Origin: Acidobacteriota bacterium
GTDB taxonomy: Bacteria; Acidobacteriota; UBA6911; RPQK01; JAJDTT01
Assembly (NCBI GenBank): GCA_965217775.1
Contig: CBDCJH010000002.1
Location: 288,001-352,000 of the forward strand
Direction: 5' to 3'
DNA: 64,000 nucleotides
The notes under the pieces were generated by a model that had not been told where the DNA came from, did not search any database, and worked only from the letters and a program-made list of their open reading frames with translations. Below are positions 38,250 to 48,400 of the stretch, in pieces. Each line of letters opens with the position of its first letter. Positions within the stretch are counted from its first letter, which is position 1. The position numbers were made by a program, and so were the translations under genes.

Positions 38250-38320
38250 GTTGCGGCTTGGGCACTATTGTTAGTAATCCCCAATATTTTCAATCCGGGG
38301 GCACGGGACAATGGCTGCCC

Positions 38321-40421
38321 CAGGGCCATCTCATGCTAACAATTCAGAAATGTGCCGGGAGGGCTGGCTATTTCGTGCTGGGTCTGTTATCAAGCCGGCA
38401 TGGGAAAATCGGACATCACCCTGCCTCCCTCGGTCAAGGACGTCACGGTCCGGCTGGCGCGCCCCGACGAGCGCCGCCGCTGGGATGCCACCATGGCCGA
38501 GCAGCACTATCTGGGATTCCAGCGATTTGCGGGTCGAGGTCTGCGCTATGTGGCGGAATACGAGCGTGAATGGCTGGCGCTGATCGGCTGGCAATCGGGT
38601 GCCTTCAAGTGCCGGCCGCGCGACCGTTGGATCGGCTGGCGTCCGCGAGAACAGTTCCCCCGCTTGCGGCTGATTGCCAACAACACTCGCCTGCTGGTGT
38701 TGGGCCCGCCGGGGGCCCTCCCCAATCTGGCCACGTGTGTGATGGCGGCCAATCTGCGGCGCTTGAGCCGGGACTGGCAGGAGGCTTACGGCCACCCGCT
38801 GGAGTTGGCCGAGGCCTTCGTCGACCCGAAGCATTTCCTGGGCACCCTGTATCGGGCCGGAAACTGGAGGGACGTGGGGCGCACGCGCGGCTTTTCGCGC
38901 AGCAACGGGCGCTACACCGAGCCCCACGGCCGGCTCAAGAGGATGTACGTCTATCCGTTGCGACGAGGGGCCCGAAGACGGCTGCGCTCTCCCGAGCCCT
39001 GCCCCTCCTGGGAGCCGGAGCGCACCGACCCGATGCGTCCCGAAGCACTCGCCTTGCCCTCGTTGCTGCAAGAGTTCGCGTCGATCCCGGATCATCGCCG
39101 CGCCCAGGGCCGCAAGTTCCAGCTCCCGACCCTGCTGGCGATCTGGGCGCTGGTGCGACTCTCCGGGTACCGCGGAGTCGACGCCACCTGGCGTTATGCG
39201 TGCGCTCTGAACCAGGAGGAGTTGCGCCTCCTCGGCGCTTGGCGCCACCCCGGGACCGGTCGCTACCACCCCCCGTCGCGAGCCACCCTGCACCGAGCCC
39301 TGACCGAGACCGACCCGGAGGCCTTTCAAGCGGCCGTGAACCGTTGGGTGGCGCGGCGACAGCCGTCGAAAACCGCGCTGGCGACCGACGGCAAACGTCT
39401 GCGCGGCGCCAACCGCCAAGGGGAGGCGCATTACGAAACCGTCTCCCTGGTCAGCCACGCCGACGCCATGCCCATCGCCAGCCGGGTCTATACCGAGGAG
39501 GGAGGCGAGACCGCGGCGGTCCTCGCTCTGCTGGAGGATGTCGATGTCCGAGGCTCGGTGATCACTCTGGACGCCCTGCACACGATCCGCAATACCGCCC
39601 TCGCTATCCGGCGCCGCCACGGCGCCCACTACCTGTTCACGGTCAAGGGCAACGCTCCGGAAACCTTCCAGACCCTGGAGACCATCGACTGGGACCGGGA
39701 CGCCACGGCACGCTTCTCGGAAAACGACCAGAAGGCTCATGGTCGCATCGACCGGCGTCAGATTCAGGTCCTGAAACCCCTTCGGGGTCTGATCAACTAT
39801 CCTCACGTCCGACAGATCTTCCGCGTGACCCGCAAGCGAACTCAAGTCAAAACCGACGAAGAATCCCTCGAGGTGGCCTATGGCATGACCTCATTGGGGC
39901 CGGAGCAAGCGGATGCCGAGCGGCTGTTGGCGCTCAACCGCGGTCATTGGGTGGTCGAGAACCGGAACCACCGTCCCCGGGACACCACTTTCGGTGAAGA
40001 CGCCTGTCTGATGCACACCGGCCACGGACCGTCCAACAACGCGATCGTCAACCAGACGGTGCTGGCGATCATCTTCCATCGCGGCTTCACCCAGGTCCAA
40101 GCCGCCGTTCAGCACTTTGCCATGGACCGGGACCAAGCGATCCGCGCTCTCACCGAGTCGGGCTGACCCAGCCGTCGGCGCCGTCTCCTGTCCTCACTCC
40201 ACGCAGCGGCCCTCGATCTGGGGATCCTCAGGCTTATTCTCCGTCATTGCGGCTCCATCGGGACCCCAAACCGGTCCCTTCCGGCCGGACTGGCCTCCTT
40301 TTCCATAACCAGCTACCCCTGCTCCCCCGACCGCTTGGTGCAAGGACCCCGAAGCACCTGTCTCCCCCTCCCCTCACGTCGTGGAGAGCACTCCACTATT
40401 GAACAGAGTGAGATGACCGTC
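38321..40421 (+). mobile_element. ISAs1-family element
   Basis: Degenerate TIRs CAGGGCCATCTCA / TGAGATGACCGTC with partly matching flanks (..GCTGCCC); boundaries tentative. Confidence 0.55.
38400..40166 (+). CDS. ISAs1-family transposase with N-terminal DUF4338 (DruA-like) domain
   Basis: N-part HYLG..GRGLRY, RDRWIGW, IANNTRLLVL, AFVDP..F.GTLYRAGNW; C-part IPDHRRAQG, DGKRLRG, ITLDALHT, VKGN, RGHWVVENRNH..RDTTFGED. Confidence 0.88.
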   Translation: MGKSDITLPPSVKDVTVRLARPDERRRWDATMAEQHYLGFQRFAGRGLRYVAEYEREWLALIGWQSGAFKCRPRDRWIGWRPREQFPRLRLIANNTRLLVLGPPGALPNLATCVMAANLRRLSRDWQEAYGHPLELAEAFVDPKHFLGTLYRAGNWRDVGRTRGFSRSNGRYTEPHGRLKRMYVYPLRRGARRRLRSPEPCPSWEPERTDPMRPEALALPSLLQEFASIPDHRRAQGRKFQLPTLLAIWALVRLSGYRGVDATWRYACALNQEELRLLGAWRHPGTGRYHPPSRATLHRALTETDPEAFQAAVNRWVARRQPSKTALATDGKRLRGANRQGEAHYETVSLVSHADAMPIASRVYTEEGGETAAVLALLEDVDVRGSVITLDALHTIRNTALAIRRRHGAHYLFTVKGNAPETFQTLETIDWDRDATARFSENDQKAHGRIDRRQIQVLKPLRGLINYPHVRQIFRVTRKRTQVKTDEESLEVAYGMTSLGPEQADAERLLALNRGHWVVENRNHRPRDTTFGEDACLMHTGHGPSNNAIVNQTVLAIIFHRGFTQVQAAVQHFAMDRDQAIRALTESG

Positions 40422-40502
40422 CACAGCTGCCCGATGGCCGTTGACAGCCCGGAAAATAGTGGATAGGATTGCGCCCAAATTAGACTCTAAGTCGTTTTCT
40501 CC

Positions 40503-42146
40503 ATGAGAGTTATCTGCCTGACAGCGTTGGTGGCCTACTTCCTGCTGTCTCTTGGTTTTTCGGGTGGTCTTGTACCTGTTCAGAGTAAGAAGGAGCAGGA
40601 AAGGCAAGCGCGTGAAGAGCGGCAAGACCATTTCGAGCGGTGGCTGAACGAGGATGTCGTTCACATCATCCTGGAAGAAGAGAGGACTGTTTTTGAGAAG
40701 CTGACGACCCCGGAGGAAAGAGAACAATTTATTGAGCAGTTCTGGCTGCGCCGCGATGCGGACCGGACCACGGCCGAGAATGAATTCAAGGAAGAACATT
40801 ATCGTCGAATCGCCTATGCAAACGACAATTTCTCAAGTGGCATACCGGGGTGGAAGGTCGACCGGGGCCGTATCTATATCATCCATGGGCCGCCCGCCGA
40901 GATAGAACGTTATCCGTCGGGGGGAGTTTACCAGCGCCCCTTTTATGAAGGGGGAGGCACCACCAGCACCTTCCCCTTTGAAATCTGGCGCTATCGCCAT
41001 ATTGAAGGGATTGGAAACGACGTCGAGTTGGAGTTCGTCGACAGCAGCCTCACGGGCGAATACCGGCTGACCATGGTCCCGGACGAAAAGGACGCTTTTC
41101 TGCGCGTCCCCGGAGCCGGAAAGACGGTCGCCGAACAGATGCGGTTGGCCACCAAAAAGGATCGTCCCTACTTCACTCCCGGGAATTCGCAGCGCTATCC
41201 CTTCATGAACCAGCGTGCCAAGGACAACCCTTTCGTCCGTTATGAGACGTACGCGAGGGTACAACGGCCCCTGCAGATCAAATACAAGGACCTACAGGAA
41301 CTGGTGAAAGTCGGTATCTCTTACGAAACGCTTCCCTTGGAGACTCGTCACGACTACTTCAGGCTGAACCAACAAAAGGTTCTGGTGCCGGTCACAATTC
41401 AGGTGGAGAACAAGAACCTGACCTTCAAGCAGGAAGCGGGCGGCTACGTTGCAGAGGTGGCGGTTTACGGCCTGGTCACCAGTATTGCCAACCAGGTTGT
41501 CGCGGAGTTTGAAAATGACCTGGTCATTTCCTACCCGCCGGAAGTCTTTCAGCAGGCCCTTCAGACCCATTCCCTGTATCAGAAGCACCTCATCCTGGAC
41601 CCCAGGATGCGCTACAAGATCGATCTGGTGGTCAAGGATCTCCGGAGCACGAAGGTCGGCGCCGTCCGCCGGGCCATCGTTTCGCCGTCCTTTCCCAAGG
41701 AGAAGCTCGTCGGCAGTTCGTTGATTCTGTCCCAGTTCATCCGGCGGCTCGGCGAAATCCCCAAGGACGACCAGATGTTCGTACTGGGAGATGTCTGGAT
41801 TCATCCCAGCCTGAAGAAGGTTTTTTCCAGCGACGGTCGTCTGGGAGTTTACCTGCAGATTTACAATGCGGCGCTGGATCAGACGGACCAAGCGCCCTCC
41901 CTCGAGATCAGTTACAAGATCTCGTCCCAGAACGGCGAGATCTTTACGGAAACTCTGGATCAGAATGGACAATCGATCCAGTTTTTTTCCTCTCGGCGAG
42001 TGGTGCTGATCAAAGGGCTGCCTCTGAGACACCTGAAGACCGGCAAGTACCGAGTCCAGGTCCTGGTTCAGGATCGCATCAGTGACGAGACGGTGATTGC
42101 GGAAGAATCGTTTGAAGTCGTGAAGAGCCCCCAGGCCAGCTCCTAG
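40503..42146 (+). CDS. GWxTD domain-containing protein
   Basis: WLNEDV..II..EER..F, EREQFIEQFWLRRD, NEFKEEHYRRIAYAN, GWKVDRGRIYIIHGPP, PFEIWRYR. Confidence 0.9.
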   Translation: MRVICLTALVAYFLLSLGFSGGLVPVQSKKEQERQAREERQDHFERWLNEDVVHIILEEERTVFEKLTTPEEREQFIEQFWLRRDADRTTAENEFKEEHYRRIAYANDNFSSGIPGWKVDRGRIYIIHGPPAEIERYPSGGVYQRPFYEGGGTTSTFPFEIWRYRHIEGIGNDVELEFVDSSLTGEYRLTMVPDEKDAFLRVPGAGKTVAEQMRLATKKDRPYFTPGNSQRYPFMNQRAKDNPFVRYETYARVQRPLQIKYKDLQELVKVGISYETLPLETRHDYFRLNQQKVLVPVTIQVENKNLTFKQEAGGYVAEVAVYGLVTSIANQVVAEFENDLVISYPPEVFQQALQTHSLYQKHLILDPRMRYKIDLVVKDLRSTKVGAVRRAIVSPSFPKEKLVGSSLILSQFIRRLGEIPKDDQMFVLGDVWIHPSLKKVFSSDGRLGVYLQIYNAALDQTDQAPSLEISYKISSQNGEIFTETLDQNGQSIQFFSSRRVVLIKGLPLRHLKTGKYRVQVLVQDRISDETVIAEESFEVVKSPQASS

Positions 42147-42267
42147 TTCGAGAATCGCGCCCCTTCCAGGTTTCCAACCTTCGTGACCTCCGGCATTTGC
42201 CGGAAGATCCAATGTACAATCCGGCGAAGTGATCAGAGCCCGCTACGGAAGCGGTCGGGAGGATACT

Positions 42268-42435
42268 TTGAAGTCGACTGACAACGACATTCAAACCGGC
42301 TCGGGACCCGAGGAATTGACGAAAGCCCTGGACGAGGCTCCGGTCCCGCGCCTGAACCCTATCCTCACGCTCCTGGTCCTGCAGCTGCTGGGCGTGGCAT
42401 GGCTCTTCCTGGTTTCAATGGCACTCGGCGGGTGA
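42268..42435 (+). CDS. Small single-TM protein upstream of SSS transporter
   Basis: GGAGGA RBS + TTG; acidic N-terminus, C-terminal hydrophobic helix. Confidence 0.55.
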   Translation: MKSTDNDIQTGSGPEELTKALDEAPVPRLNPILTLLVLQLLGVAWLFLVSMALGG

Positions 42436-42462
42436 CCGAAAATCACGCCGGTAGCAACTGAA

Positions 42463-43920
42463 ATGCTTCTCTGGTCTCTTGTACTCCTCTACATCGCAGG
42501 CCTCATGGTTCTCGGGGCTGTCCTGTCCAGAAGGATCCGTGGCGTGGAGGATTTCCTGGTCGCGGGCCGGAGGGCGAACCGGTGGATGATCAGCCTCTCC
42601 ATTCTGGCCACCTGGGTCGGTGTCGGTACCTTTGTCGGCGGCACGGGCGGCGCCTACGACCTCGGTATCTCATTCTATTGGATCCATTTTTCCTATATGG
42701 GAGCCACCGCTTGGCTTGGCCTCTATGTCATCCCCAAGGTCCGGCGGACCGGTGTTTTGACCCTGCCACAGCTCATAGACAGGCTCTTTGGCACCAGACA
42801 CAAGCTGGTGACGTTGATATTGGTGTTCATCGGGGATATGGGTGCGATTGCCGGAACCATCCTTGCCAGCGTGATCCTGATTACTTTCTTTCTGGGTATT
42901 GGCTTTGTTCCGGCACTGATGATGGTCCTGGGGGTCACGATCGTCTATGTCTTGCTGGGTGGTCAGTGGGCGGTGCTTTGGACCGACTCCATCCAGGCCG
43001 TGATGCTGACGGCGACGGGCATTTCGATCTTCGTCATCGGAGCGACAAAGCTGGGTGGATGGACCGGGTTCGTGGGGCGGCTTCCCGCAGAGATGGTCTC
43101 AGTCACCGGGACGCTTGAATTAGGAACGATGGCCGGCTGGGTCGTCGAGGGAATCGTGATCGCGATGGTCTACCACGCGCTGTTCGTCCGTGGTCTGTCG
43201 GCCAGGAGCACCCGGGAGGCACAGCTTGGCTTCTTGTACGGCGGCATTCTGTGCACCTTCTTCTACATCCTTCCCCACGCTTTGGGCCTCCTGGGAAGGG
43301 CTACGTTTGGAGTCGGAACGGAGCCCAACCACGTTTTCTTCCGTCTCATGTCGGAGGGACTGCCCGTCTTGCTGGTGAGCTTCGTGCTCGCCGGCGCCAT
43401 CGCCGGCGCCATGTCCACGCTGGACAGCGCCCTGATGTCGGTAGCCTCCTATCTGACCGTCGACCTTTACCAACGCCATATCAAGCCGGCCGCAACTCAG
43501 GGCGAAATGGTGACGGCGGCGCGCGTCGCGGTGGCGGGAAGCGCGATCCTGGGGGGCCTGTTCGCCTATGCCCTGCCCATGACCCTCGAAGTCTTCCTGG
43601 TGGGCCAGCGAGTTCTGGGTTCGGCGCTTGCTCCCGTCCTGGTCGGCTTGATCTTCCACCGGCCGCTGCGGCGAATGCCCGCGACGGTGCTGTCCGCCAT
43701 GGTCGCCGGTGCGGGTGTGACCATTCTGTTCACCTGGTTGGGCCAGCATAGCGCCGGCGAGATCAAGGGGATCGCTTACGTCTGGCAATGGCATCCTTGT
43801 ATCCCCGGAACGGCGGCGACGGTGCTTAGCCTGTTGGTTGGTGCAAGGATGGAGAGGCCTCCCGCTCAACTTGGGAAGCCACCTGAAAGAGCAGGCTCTC
43901 GCGAAAACGCCGGCCGATGA
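42463..43920 (+). CDS. Sodium:solute symporter family transporter
   Basis: DFLVAGR, LATWVG, TLPQLIDRLFG, LGGQWAVLWTDSIQ, AMSTLDS, LTVDLY. Confidence 0.9.
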   Translation: MLLWSLVLLYIAGLMVLGAVLSRRIRGVEDFLVAGRRANRWMISLSILATWVGVGTFVGGTGGAYDLGISFYWIHFSYMGATAWLGLYVIPKVRRTGVLTLPQLIDRLFGTRHKLVTLILVFIGDMGAIAGTILASVILITFFLGIGFVPALMMVLGVTIVYVLLGGQWAVLWTDSIQAVMLTATGISIFVIGATKLGGWTGFVGRLPAEMVSVTGTLELGTMAGWVVEGIVIAMVYHALFVRGLSARSTREAQLGFLYGGILCTFFYILPHALGLLGRATFGVGTEPNHVFFRLMSEGLPVLLVSFVLAGAIAGAMSTLDSALMSVASYLTVDLYQRHIKPAATQGEMVTAARVAVAGSAILGGLFAYALPMTLEVFLVGQRVLGSALAPVLVGLIFHRPLRRMPATVLSAMVAGAGVTILFTWLGQHSAGEIKGIAYVWQWHPCIPGTAATVLSLLVGARMERPPAQLGKPPERAGSRENAGR

Positions 43921-45385
43921 GCTGCATGCCGATCGGCAGACCGTTGCCGCCAAAGCCGCAGGGAACCGACAAAGCCGGAAAGCCCGTGACGTTGAGAGGG
44001 CAGGTGTTGCGGTTCATTTCAATCGAACCTCTTCCTTCCCAGGACCCTGCCCGGCTCGACTCGGTCAACTTGATGGCCTTCAAGGGCGTGGTGGGAGTGA
44101 TCAGGAGGTCATAGGCTTCAAACATCTCGTCCAGTTTCTGCGTCATGGCATGCCTGAGGTTCTGGGCTCTGGAGAAATAGACGCTGCAATACTCGCGCCT
44201 GAGATATTTGCCCATGACCATCCAGACTTTGAGGAGGGGAGGGAATCCGTCGCTGCCGGCTCTGCGGGCCCTGCCAAACGCCTCCTGCCAATCCGGGTCG
44301 CACATGCCCCCCCTCCAATAGCCTTCCAGATCCGACTCGACCATGGCCGCGAGCGAATGCCCGATGATCGACAACAGAACCGGCCAGGCGTCCGGCCACC
44401 AAGGGATGGAGACTTCTTTTACCGAGGCGCCGCAGGCTTGCAGTTTTCTCGCTGCTTCCCAAACCGCTTGGCCGACGTCATGCTCGGATTGATCCCATTC
44501 CATCGACTCTTTGACGACCCCCAGCCGGAGACCGGAGACATCCTCTTGGAGGGCCTTGGTGTAGCTCTCGACTTGAATGGGCCCCCGAACCCACTGCGGG
44601 TCTTTGGGATCCTCTCCCGCTATGGCTTCCAGGGTCAGCGCCACCTCCTGCACCGACCTGGCCATGGGGCAGACCTCATCCAGGGTGTGGTCAAGATAGG
44701 AAAGACCGAAGGCCGGAACCAGTCCATGGGTGGGCTTGATGCTGACGACGCCGCACCAGGACGCCGGAATACGCGCACTGCCTCCCTCGTCGACGCCCAA
44801 GGCAATGTCGACCTCGTCGGCCGCCAGCGCCGCCCCGCTACCGCCCGAAGAACCGCCGGCGGAGTACTCGATGTTGTGGGGGTTGCGGACCGGGCCGAAG
44901 TCGCTGGTCTCGTTGGTGCCGCCCATGCCGAAGCTATCCATGTTCAACTTGCCGACGATGGTGGCACCGGCATCCAAAAGGCGCTCGGTGACCGTGGCGT
45001 CGACGCTGGGGACGTACTCGGCAAGGAGGCGCGAGCCGTTGGTCATGGGAACACCGGCCACCCTGATGTTGTCTTTGAGCCCAACCGTCTTTCCGGCCAG
45101 CTTCCCCGTTGGCGCACCGTTCACCCGGCATTTTCGAATGAAGACGTTGCAGGGGTCCTCCTCCGGTGGCGGGCGGTAGCCTCGGTCCCGATACCTGTAT
45201 CTGACCTGCACAGGGGCAACCGGCAGATCATCGAGGCGCTCCACGTCCACAAGCATTCCATCCATGAGAGACCTGAGGTCGGCAGCCTCTTGCTCGGACA
45301 GGTTGATGTATTCCCTGACGGCCAGCGAGCGTATTTCTTCCAACGAAGGTCTTCTGATTTGTCCGGACGGTCTGGCACTTGGCAT
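43826..45385 (-). CDS. Amidase signature family enzyme
   Basis: GLKDNI, AGATIVGKLNM, GGSSGGSGAA, GVDEGGSARIPASWCG, KPTHGLVP, GLPIGMQLIG. Confidence 0.92.
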   Translation of the reverse strand: MPSARPSGQIRRPSLEEIRSLAVREYINLSEQEAADLRSLMDGMLVDVERLDDLPVAPVQVRYRYRDRGYRPPPEEDPCNVFIRKCRVNGAPTGKLAGKTVGLKDNIRVAGVPMTNGSRLLAEYVPSVDATVTERLLDAGATIVGKLNMDSFGMGGTNETSDFGPVRNPHNIEYSAGGSSGGSGAALAADEVDIALGVDEGGSARIPASWCGVVSIKPTHGLVPAFGLSYLDHTLDEVCPMARSVQEVALTLEAIAGEDPKDPQWVRGPIQVESYTKALQEDVSGLRLGVVKESMEWDQSEHDVGQAVWEAARKLQACGASVKEVSIPWWPDAWPVLLSIIGHSLAAMVESDLEGYWRGGMCDPDWQEAFGRARRAGSDGFPPLLKVWMVMGKYLRREYCSVYFSRAQNLRHAMTQKLDEMFEAYDLLITPTTPLKAIKLTESSRAGSWEGRGSIEMNRNTCPLNVTGFPALSVPCGFGGNGLPIGMQLIGRRFRESLLFQVASQVEREASPSLHQPTG

Positions 45386-45489
45386 TGAACAATCCTCTTG
45401 CATTCTTCCCGAGTGTGGGAAGGCCTTCCATCGCCCGACTCCCATCGCGGCACGGAAGCGGCTCCCACACTGGGTTTGCAGTTGGGGGA

Positions 45490-48400
45490 CTATTGAATCG
45501 GAGGAACCGCCGAGGTGGTGAGAAAACTCAGCAGATGGGCCATTTCCTGGACGCTGATCTCCTCCTCCAGACCTTCCGGCATGCCCGAAACCGTCGACGA
45601 ATACATCCGTCGAATATTCTCTCTGGCAATCACGGCCTCGGTGTCATCTTCACGCAGCAAGGTCACGGACACAGGAGTTTGCGAGCCAATGACTCCCTCC
45701 TGCAGAACCCGATTGTTCATCTCGACCACGTAAAGCTCGTAATTGTCCGAGATCGATTGGCTGGGCAACATGATGTTGGTGAGCAATTCCTCCCGCGACC
45801 GATTCCGAACCGTCCCAAGATCAGGGCCGAAGCGGCCTCCCACACCCTCGATCTGATGGCACTTGTCACAGTTTTTCTTGAACACCTGAGCTCCCCGGAC
45901 TGCATCCCCGGAAAGACTCAGGGCCGCCCGGTAGCGTTCCAGAACTCGGAGTCGTTCCCCCTCCAGCTTGCGCAAAAGCTCATGGACGCGGAACCGTATG
46001 GAGGCATCTTGCTGCATGACAAGGCGAATCTTGTGACCTTGATTGATCGTCCAAAATGGGACCTCATCATTTTCGATCCCACTCACCAACAGCTCTACGT
46101 GCTCCGGCCGGGATAGAAGAGCTACGGTGGCCGCCAGACGGACCGGAGGAGTCAGTTCCCTCCATTTGGAGATGAACAAGCGGCCAGACTCCATCCCCTC
46201 GATCTGGCCCAAAGCGCGGACCGCCGCGGTCTGCACCTCCGGGGGCTCCTGTGGGTCGAGCAGTGAGTTCAGCAGGGCGAATCTCGAGTTCACACCGAAG
46301 AGGGCCAGAAGGCGCACCGAGTCGGCTCTCAGATCCGGGACTGCCGCCCGATCCTCGATCCTGTCCAGGAGGTCCCTTATGAGCGGTTCCGGAGCTGGAC
46401 TCAGGGGTTTCTCCATGAGCTCCAGCAACTGCAGCGTTGCCCTTTGCACCGGTGGGGTCGATGCCTGGTACAAGCGGAGGAGTTGGTTTGATGAAAGCCC
46501 TTTCGTGACGCTTTTCGAGCCTTGTCCGATTCCCTGGGCCAGCCCTTCCAGAGCGGCCGCACGCCACCAATCGGATCCTGGTTTCCTGGCATTCGCTACC
46601 TTGCGCAGGAGTTGTCTGACCCCCGACGGGTCGGAACCGGCCGCGACCATGGCAGCGATCCGGCGAAAGAATGCGATTCTCTCCTTCGACGCTTCGTTAC
46701 CAAACTCGGCCACGCCAGTGTCGAACAGATTGAGCGGCCGGACGTCAGAGGCGCTGAGAGCCGCCATTTGCATCCATTCGTCGTCAATGTCCCGCATCAG
46801 CAATTGGCGGCGAGCATTGCGGGCGCCGGGCGAGTCCACCCACCCCAGCGTGCAAAGGAGTTGAAAGCGCACTCTGGGATGAGCATCCTCGGTCATTGCC
46901 AGCAACTTATCTGCCAGTTCGGGAGCCTTCGCCAATCGCGATTCAGCCAGCCGGATCGCGTTCTCCCGGACGCCTGGTTCCGGATCTCCCAGGGCTTTCC
47001 GGATGAGAGAGGCGTCAAGTTTTCCCAGGCCTTCCAGAGTCCACAAAGCATGGACCCGCGCCTCGGGCCTGCGCCCGCCGGCGGCGATCTCGATCAGACG
47101 GTCGATTGCGCGTACGTTCTCTCGGCCAACGAGGAGTCGCTGCGCGTGCATCCTCCACCACAGGTTTGGATGGTTCAGATATTCGACCAGGTCCGGATCC
47201 GAGGCCTTACCGAGCGGAAAGTTCCGCACCAATGGAACCGGCTCCTCGGAAACAGGAGTGATTCGGTAGATTCGGCCCTGTTGACTACCTTCGTAAAGAA
47301 CTTGAGGCCCGCGGTCCTGGCTGTGGAACTCGTCGGACATCCACTCCGGATGCTCGACAATCCGGCGATAGTAATCCACGACGTAAAGGGCTCCGTCCGG
47401 TCCGACATACAAATTGACCGGTCGGAACCAACTGTCCGTGGAGGCCAGGAATTCCGTCTCTTCGCTACTTCGACTGGCCTGCAGGGTGACCCCGTTTTCT
47501 TTCAGAACATCGCAGTGAACCAGGTTGTGGGCCGGTTCGGCTACAAAAGAGACTTGGCTGAATGGAGGAGGGAAGAGTCCTCCCAAGTAGATCGAAATCC
47601 CGCAAGCAGACGTAAAGCTGCCCGGACCTGTGAGAATTCGGTGCTCCGGGTTCCGGGTGATGGGATAGACGCGGGTGGTGTGATCTGAAATGTCTGCTAC
47701 CGGGGAAGCGGCGCGCAAGGACGGGTTGCGCCTCAGGTAGGCAGCCGCGATGACCTCTTGGCGGATATGTCGACCGTTGGTGACAAGGATTTGGCGTCCC
47801 CATCGATCAAAGCTCAGTCCGAATTGAGAGATGCCGGAAAGAGCCTCCAGCTCGAAAGTGTCCGGGCGAAAGCGGAGATTGCCGGTCGAACTGTCCAGTT
47901 GGGGCCCGTCGTTGCGGTCGGGAAACCGCTTCTTGGAACCTGGATCGCCGAACTTGTCTTTGAAGACAATTGCCTTGATCGCCGGCTCATGGGCGAGATA
48001 GATCCAGTTGTCCAGTCCAAAAAGAGGACTGCTGACCGTGTGCTGAGGGTTGGAGAGGGCGAATCCGGTCAGCACGGCCTTTCGGAGGTCGGCACGGTTG
48101 TCGCCGTCCGTGTCTTCGAAGTACCAGACGTTGGGCGCATCGGTAACCAGAATGCCTTGCTTCCATCGCAGAACCCCCGTGGGAAGCACGAGTCCGTCTA
48201 CGAATACCGTAGCCCGATCGGGAAAACCGTCCTGGTTGGTGTCTTCCAGCAGCTTCACGCGCCCGGTCGCCCCAACGTCCAAGGGATAGCCCGGCATCTC
48301 GACTACAAACACGCGGCCATGCTCATCGAATTCCATCGCTACCGGGTCGAGGATCATCGGTTCGGAGGCGAAGACCTCGATTCGAAAGCCCTCTTCGATG

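Larger units (their letters stand above)
33834..38282 (+). mobile_element. IS1595-family cargo-carrying element 2 (possibly a rearranged hybrid)
   Basis: Perfect 23-bp TIRs GGGGATTACTAACAATAGTGCCC / GGGCACTATTGTTAGTAATCCCC; flanks GTTATTTT / AATATTTT (6/8); contains IS1595 transposase C-terminus and R-M genes. Confidence 0.8.
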
